Positions 58,526-64,000 of a stretch of DNA of 64,000 nt are shown in pieces; positions within the stretch are counted from its first letter, which is position 1; each line of letters opens with the position of its first letter. The notes under the pieces are model-generated. The model made no database searches, had not been told where the DNA came from, and was given only the letters and a program-made list of their open reading frames with translations. This DNA comes from Pelomyxa schiedti (Eukaryota > Protista > Evosea). The position numbers were made by a program, and so were the translations under genes. The DNA lies in assembly GCA_020536535.1 (NCBI GenBank), contig JAHLWZ010000816.1, positions 51,304 to 115,303 on the forward strand. Direction: 5' to 3'.

Positions 58526-59914
58526 ATGATGGACAGAAGAACGTGCGGCACGTGCCACAAGAACAAGATCTCGTTGTGCAGGGCGCACAATAATGCCCTT
58601 ATGTGCAAAGTTTGCTTTTGTAGAGTATGTAAGTGCTGCACCTTTTTTTTTCCCCCTGGCGTTTCGTTTTTTTTTTTTTTTTTTGACCTTGGTTAGGAAT
58701 TGGAGGAAGAAGTACATAGGGAGCTGCAACACCTTATTGCTCCTGGTGACCGAATTGCAGTTGCAATTTCTGGTGGCAAAGGTGCTTTTTGTTTGTTTTG
58801 GTTGTTCTGTATGACCCTCTCCCGATCTCCTTATTATTTGTAGATTCAACTACACTTGTGCACGTGTTGACTGCACTGAAGTCTAGATACCATTATGACG
58901 TGGAACTTATTCTTCTCTCAATTGACGAAGGAATCGTTGGTTACCGCGATGCCTCCCTCGAGGTGCATCTTTGACAATTATCACTGCATATTAATATCGC
59001 GGAACTAGACAGTGAAAAGAAACCAAGTCACATATAATTTGCCTCTCACAATTGTCTCTTATCGTGACCTTTATGGATGGACAATGGATGACATCGCGGT
59101 TATGACCAAAAATAGAAATACCTGTATGGAAAATTTCTCGTACCTGCTTATTTTTAAACATTGTTACTCACTATGCAGGCTCGTTTTGTGGCGTTTTCAG
59201 GCGGCAGGCCTTTGATCGTGGTGCAAGAATGTTAAATTGCAACAAAGTTGCCACTGGTCATAATGCTGACGATGTAGCAGAAACTGTAATCATGAATTGT
59301 ACATTGCCTCGAGTTTCTGAATTCCCTTGACCCCTGTGCAGTTGTGAGAGGGGATGTTCCTCGCCTGGATAGATGCCATGGAGCACAGACAGGGGCAGAA
59401 AATGGATTACCAAGGATAAAACCCTTCATCGGCATTATCCAGAAAGAGATAGTTCTGTATCTCCCCTGCTCTTAAACTATTAACCTTGTATCTCCTAACC
59501 GTAACACCTAAGATATGCATATTTCAATCACTTGGACTTCTGCTCAACTGAGTGCAAGTACGCGTTTAGTGCATATCGCGGTCGTGCTCGTGAATTCCTT
59601 AAAGCTCTTGAAGAAATCCAACCAACAGTTGTACTAGGTACAAGTCTCGCTTTTCCTCGAACCCCAACACATTTCCAGATACCGTCAAAAGTGCCCAGCA
59701 TTTAGTTGTAGCAGATGGCACCACTGAAGTTCCCGAGAAGGTTTTTCCTTTTGTACATGAGCTCCACATTCTGACTGGCATTACTAAGGCGTTAAGAGCT
59801 TGTTCGAAGTGTGGATACATGACCAGCAGAGCCATGTGTAAGACGTGTGTGATGCTTGAAGGCCTGAGAACAGGGAACACAAGACAAGCTATTTCTGACG
59901 ACCACTTTGGGTGA
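58526..59914 (+). CDS. CTU1: Cytoplasmic tRNA 2-thiolation protein 1 (Ncs6/Ctu1)
   Basis: N-terminal CxxC pairs; PP-loop IAVAISGGK|DST; [12 protein letters not shown]; C|[15 protein letters not shown]; [17 protein letters not shown]; C-terminal CSKCGY..CKTC. Confidence 0.95.
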
Positions 59915-60014
59915 TTCGGAAAGAGAACGCACATACAGGCCTAAAATAAATTTTTCCTTAATATACACAGAAGGCTGTCTTTTACAAAATTTTGGACACA
60001 GCCAAATTTTCATT

Positions 60015-63000
60015 TTACGACCGTGCCATTGAGTGCCGAACAGCAGTGATTAGGTGCTCTAGTCTAGTAATGCACTCTAGGAATGCTGTGGTTCCAAAGT
60101 CAGACAATTGAGTTGTAGGAACGAGAATAAGGAGAAGCAAACATGGTCTGAGATCTGGGTTCTGGCTCCAACATTCAGTGATGAGAGTGCTGTATTCGGC
60201 CGGGCATTCTGGTGGGATTGTTTCCCTCTGTCCACTTTTAACGTAGGGAACTGTGGGTGGTGGTTAGACTCCTGTGAGGTTTTGGGGAAATACTGAAGGA
60301 TTGAATATCTTCATATGGATATGATTCTGTGAATGTCTGCCATAGCAATATTGCGTAACTAAAAATATCCGCCTTGGGGCCATAATCTTTCCCAGACAGT
60401 ACCTCTTTAGTGAAATGTTGTTTGTATTGTTGTGCTTTCAATTGTGTGTGGATGTATTCACACCTGGAGCCATGTCTGTTTGTGGGTTGGGGATCGAAAA
60501 AAAATATAAATCAGCAAAGTGACATACATAGTGGAGTTCCAATCATCAGAGTCATTTGGCTTCCTGATGAACGGGGAGGGGATATACCCTCTGCTCCCAT
60601 CTTTTTGATCCCAACTTGACGGGAACTCCCAAAGTCACAAACCTTGCATGTAATATTCGCGTGCTTATCAAGGGATGCAACTAGCACTGTTCGTGGCATT
60701 AGCAATAGAAAGGGTGATTCAAAAAAGAGTTCCACCATTGTCTGGCTGTTTTTTTGTTGTTTGTTTGTTGTTTGAGGGGAGGAAAAGGAACAAGGGAAGG
60801 GGGTGCACACTTTTAAATCACGATGGACCATGTTGTTGGCGTGCTTGAAAAGAAGTTCCTATTAGTAATCCTCAAATGGGAAGGTGGACCTACCAAAAAT
60901 GCCATCCCTACAAAAGATTAATTAATTAATATGTGTTCATCCCATTTATAGCATACCCACAGCAGTATCTCGCATAAGTTTTAACTTTACAATCCACTGG
61001 AGTCCTCTGTGCTTCTAAAACTTGTTTAAAAAATCAGAAACCTTGGGAGTATCACTTTGATGACATGTCTCAGACTTCCGTAAGGCATATACTCCTAAGA
61101 AAAGTCAATGTAAAATTTTGGACAAAATTCTTACCGTCACAAGGCAGAGCTGAGTAGTGTGAGCGTGGAATTATGTATTTTAGTGGGTGTATTAGAGGTT
61201 AGATGTTCAAATACCTTTTCTGGGATTGTCACTCTGGTCATCCTCAATTAGTATTGGAACTATGGGAAAAAACACATACGCTCCAATGAAGTTTATAATA
61301 TGTGTGTGTCTCAGTTGTGTCATCAGTTTAATTTCCCTATAGTTTTTCAGATTGGATTTATGAGGGCGAATGGGAACCGTAGGACCTCGCGATATGTAAT
61401 TTCATCAGGGTTCTGCACTTTGAGGTATTTGATTGCTACTTTAGTACAACGCCACTCTCCTCTCCAAATATCAGCAAAAGACCCTTCTCCAATAATTTTT
61501 TCGAATTTCAAATCAGTGTAATCCAACTGGCGGACTATTAAACTGGCAGAAAATGTCTCAAACACACATGAGTACTCAACGCAGTTGAGAGTGACAGATG
61601 GAATGTGTTACAATATTGAGCTTCTCTCTCGCTCAAAGTTTTTTGTTTGGAAAATAGACTCCCGGTTTTATCTATTCGAGTTAAGTTTGAACAGCTCTCA
61701 GGAAATGTATACTTGCTATTAAGATGCCACAGTCAACTTCAATTTTCATAGTACAGTGGACTCTAAGTGCCAACTGAAATTGGAAGTCTTTTCCCTTGAG
61801 ACAGTAAATTGGATCAACAAGTGTCGCAGCATACTTCTTTGATAGTAGCAATAGACGGATCCGCGGTAATAGTAAACCGATCATCATCTGGGAGAAAAAG
61901 AGCTACGTGTTTTGCCTTCCCCGTATTGTGGACTGTGACAGTGTCTGTTGTAATCTTGGAATATCAGTAACATTACTTGAAAAAGGAAATTACTTTGTTG
62001 AGAGGTCCAGGCTCTGTATCACATCCAAAGACCAATGTCTTGGGAAGGACCTTAATCATTTAGCAAATAAGAAAATGAGAAGCTATACTTACAGTAACCT
62101 CGTCAGATGTGGGAAGTGGAGGAAGAATAAATGATGGAGGAAGAAGGACTGGCTTCGGTGGCGGTGAGCCAGTTGTTGGCATATTCGCAATCTCGAAGGC
62201 ACTACACGACAAAACGGAAGAAGTCGATGAATTAGTATCGAAGGCCGAAGCAGCAGAGGAGGGTATTTGTTGTGTGGTGGATGTAATTGCTGTAGTTAGT
62301 GTTGGGACTGGCTCTACAGATGCAGTCGCTGGTTCTCGGGGAGGAGTTGGGATATGTGGCTGAGGTTTCTCCAGCATAGAGGTCAGGTTTTGCGTGTCAG
62401 GTGTTGGTGGGGCCGCAGGTGTCAGTTCCAACGCTGATGTGGGGGCGCTTACTATAGCGGGTACAACAGTAACTTGCGCTTTTGGTACTGGAGTTGGTGA
62501 TGCAACTAGAGTTGGTGAGGTTGTTGCTGGCAAGTTTGCGGTGGGGTTAGTTAATGGCGAAACAGTTATTTGTGGGGCGGTGGGTGATACAACAGGTTTT
62601 GGTCCTGGTGGTGGTGTGGGGATAAGATGTCTGGGTATGGCTATTGGAGGTGCAACTGGGGTAAATTGTATCGGCTCCCTGGTATTTCTATTTGGTTCTG
62701 GCGAAAATGGGGATAGTGCTGACGAAACTACTGTAGTATCTGTCATAGTAGATATAATCTCAGTGACTTGAGTGTCTACATGAGATGACGGTAATTCTTT
62801 ATGTCTTGCAACCTCAGCAACTGGCTGTTGTTGCACAGCGGCTGGGTTTTGAGTGGTGAGTTGTCTTTTGTCGCTGACTAGAGTGGGCGGAAAAATAACG
62901 GGAGAGGGTTGTGGTAGTGAGGAATAAGATGGAGGTGGAAATGGAGGTTGCGTTTGAACTTGGGGATTATGCGAAATTAGGGTATATGGAGGATATGGAT

Positions 63001-64000
63001 TGTACACTGTGGGGTAACTTGCTTGGTACTGGTATTGATAATGATCTAGGCACTGATACTGTGCACCAGTTGTTTCGGCGGCAGTCTCGAAGCTGTAAAG
63101 TTGTGGTACTAAAGGGTATCCCTCAACACTGCATATATTACAACATGTGTCAGCATTTAGCTGCAGGCCATACCTTTGAGAGAAGAAATGATAACATTAG
63201 GACATTTTAGGAGAAAGTAAGACCCACAAAGTGGAGGGCCTCAGTCTCTCGCTGAAACCAAGCCACAATTCCACATCACTGACCCACCGTACCAAAGTGG
63301 ATGGAACCGGCATGCTCTCGGCGCGCCGCACTGGGCTGAATATAGACAGAGCAGTGGCCGCGTCATTGCGCACCATTGGCCTGTCAAATGTGACCCACAC
63401 TCCTGACACAAATTCATCAGGGTTCACTCCAATCGCGCCATTTGGAGGGTAGCACCTCACAATCCGCGGGCACATGGATTCCAGCACTGTCACGGTCACA
63501 GCCACAGGCTGCGGCCCTTGAATCGCCGCGGTTTGTTGAGTGTTATTCTGGTTCATATGAAGAATCCCCGGTGATACCGTGCCACTAACACCACCGAGCT
63601 GATGTTGATTCTGAAGCTGATTCTGATTCTGATTCTGATTCACATTCAGCTGTGCGCAGTTGTGATTCAGCGCGGGGAGAACCGCCGGGGTGGCCAACGC
63701 AGCACTGCACGAAGACAACGAGGCGACGGGCGGCGGGGACTGCGAGCGGGGCCTCGCGGGGACCAGCGGGGCCCCCTGGTACTGCGGGTACGCGGGGGGC
63801 GGGGACATGCGGGGGTGCTGCTGGTGGTGGTGCTGGTGCTGGTGGGCGTGCTGGGGCCGAGGCTGCCGGGGGTCCGTGGGGGCCAGGTAGCGCCGGAAGA
63901 CGATCGCAAGCTCGTTCAGGAACCGGATCGAGGCGGTCAATCGGGGATCGGCAGGGTCGACCCAAAGCCGAAGGAGCGGGGCCCGCTGGTGGAGGAGGTC
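60015..64000 (-). CDS. TKL-group protein kinase with N-terminal SbsA/Big_5-like Ig domain and Pro/Thr-rich linker (5' end outside window)
   Basis: Kinase: LKFEKIIGEGSFADIWRGEWRCTKVAIK, VHRDLK, KVCDFGSSR, GTPL, EVL..YGPKADIFSYAILLWQ, IPPECP..CWSQNPDLRP. Ig-like: IVRCYPPNGAIGVNP..VWVTFDRPM..LSIFSP..VRWVSD. Confidence 0.88.

Overview
This is compact, intron-rich eukaryotic genomic DNA with short GT-AG introns, about 30 closely packed genes, AC-rich leaders before start codons and GC/CpG-rich 5' coding ends. The gene content (CARMIL-like LRR protein, Rab32-like GTPase, TKL kinase, TRAF-like protein, several intron-containing prokaryote-type enzymes) suggests an amoebozoan-type protist; this is inference and was not checked against any database. 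Confidently recognised genes encode a TRAF-like RING/zinc-finger/MATH protein, peptidase T, a PF10127 RlaP/YcgL-type nucleotidyltransferase, a TauE-like transporter, thymidine kinase, a FYVE+LRR protein, PTH2, a tandem ERI1-type exonuclease, a SagB-type nitroreductase, PI31, an MGRN1-like RING ligase, a P1B Cu-ATPase, a GRDP-like protein, an ICMT-family protein, an arylsulfatase, a Rab32-like GTPase, a GH2 glycosidase, CTU1 and a TKL kinase. The standout observation is on the minus strand at 10074-10165: an apparently circularly permuted initiator-type tRNA-Met(CAT) gene. The 3' half (tRNA nt 29-73) lies upstream of the 5' half (nt 1-28), separated by a 20-nt spacer, and the halves rejoin into a fully paired cloverleaf with no gap or overlap. 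The second highlight is an ORF-poor region of about 0.9 kb (23560-24440) that folds on the plus strand into long nested, G-U-containing helices, suggesting an unannotated structured RNA. Exon boundaries were read by eye, so outer coordinates of hypothetical genes are approximate.
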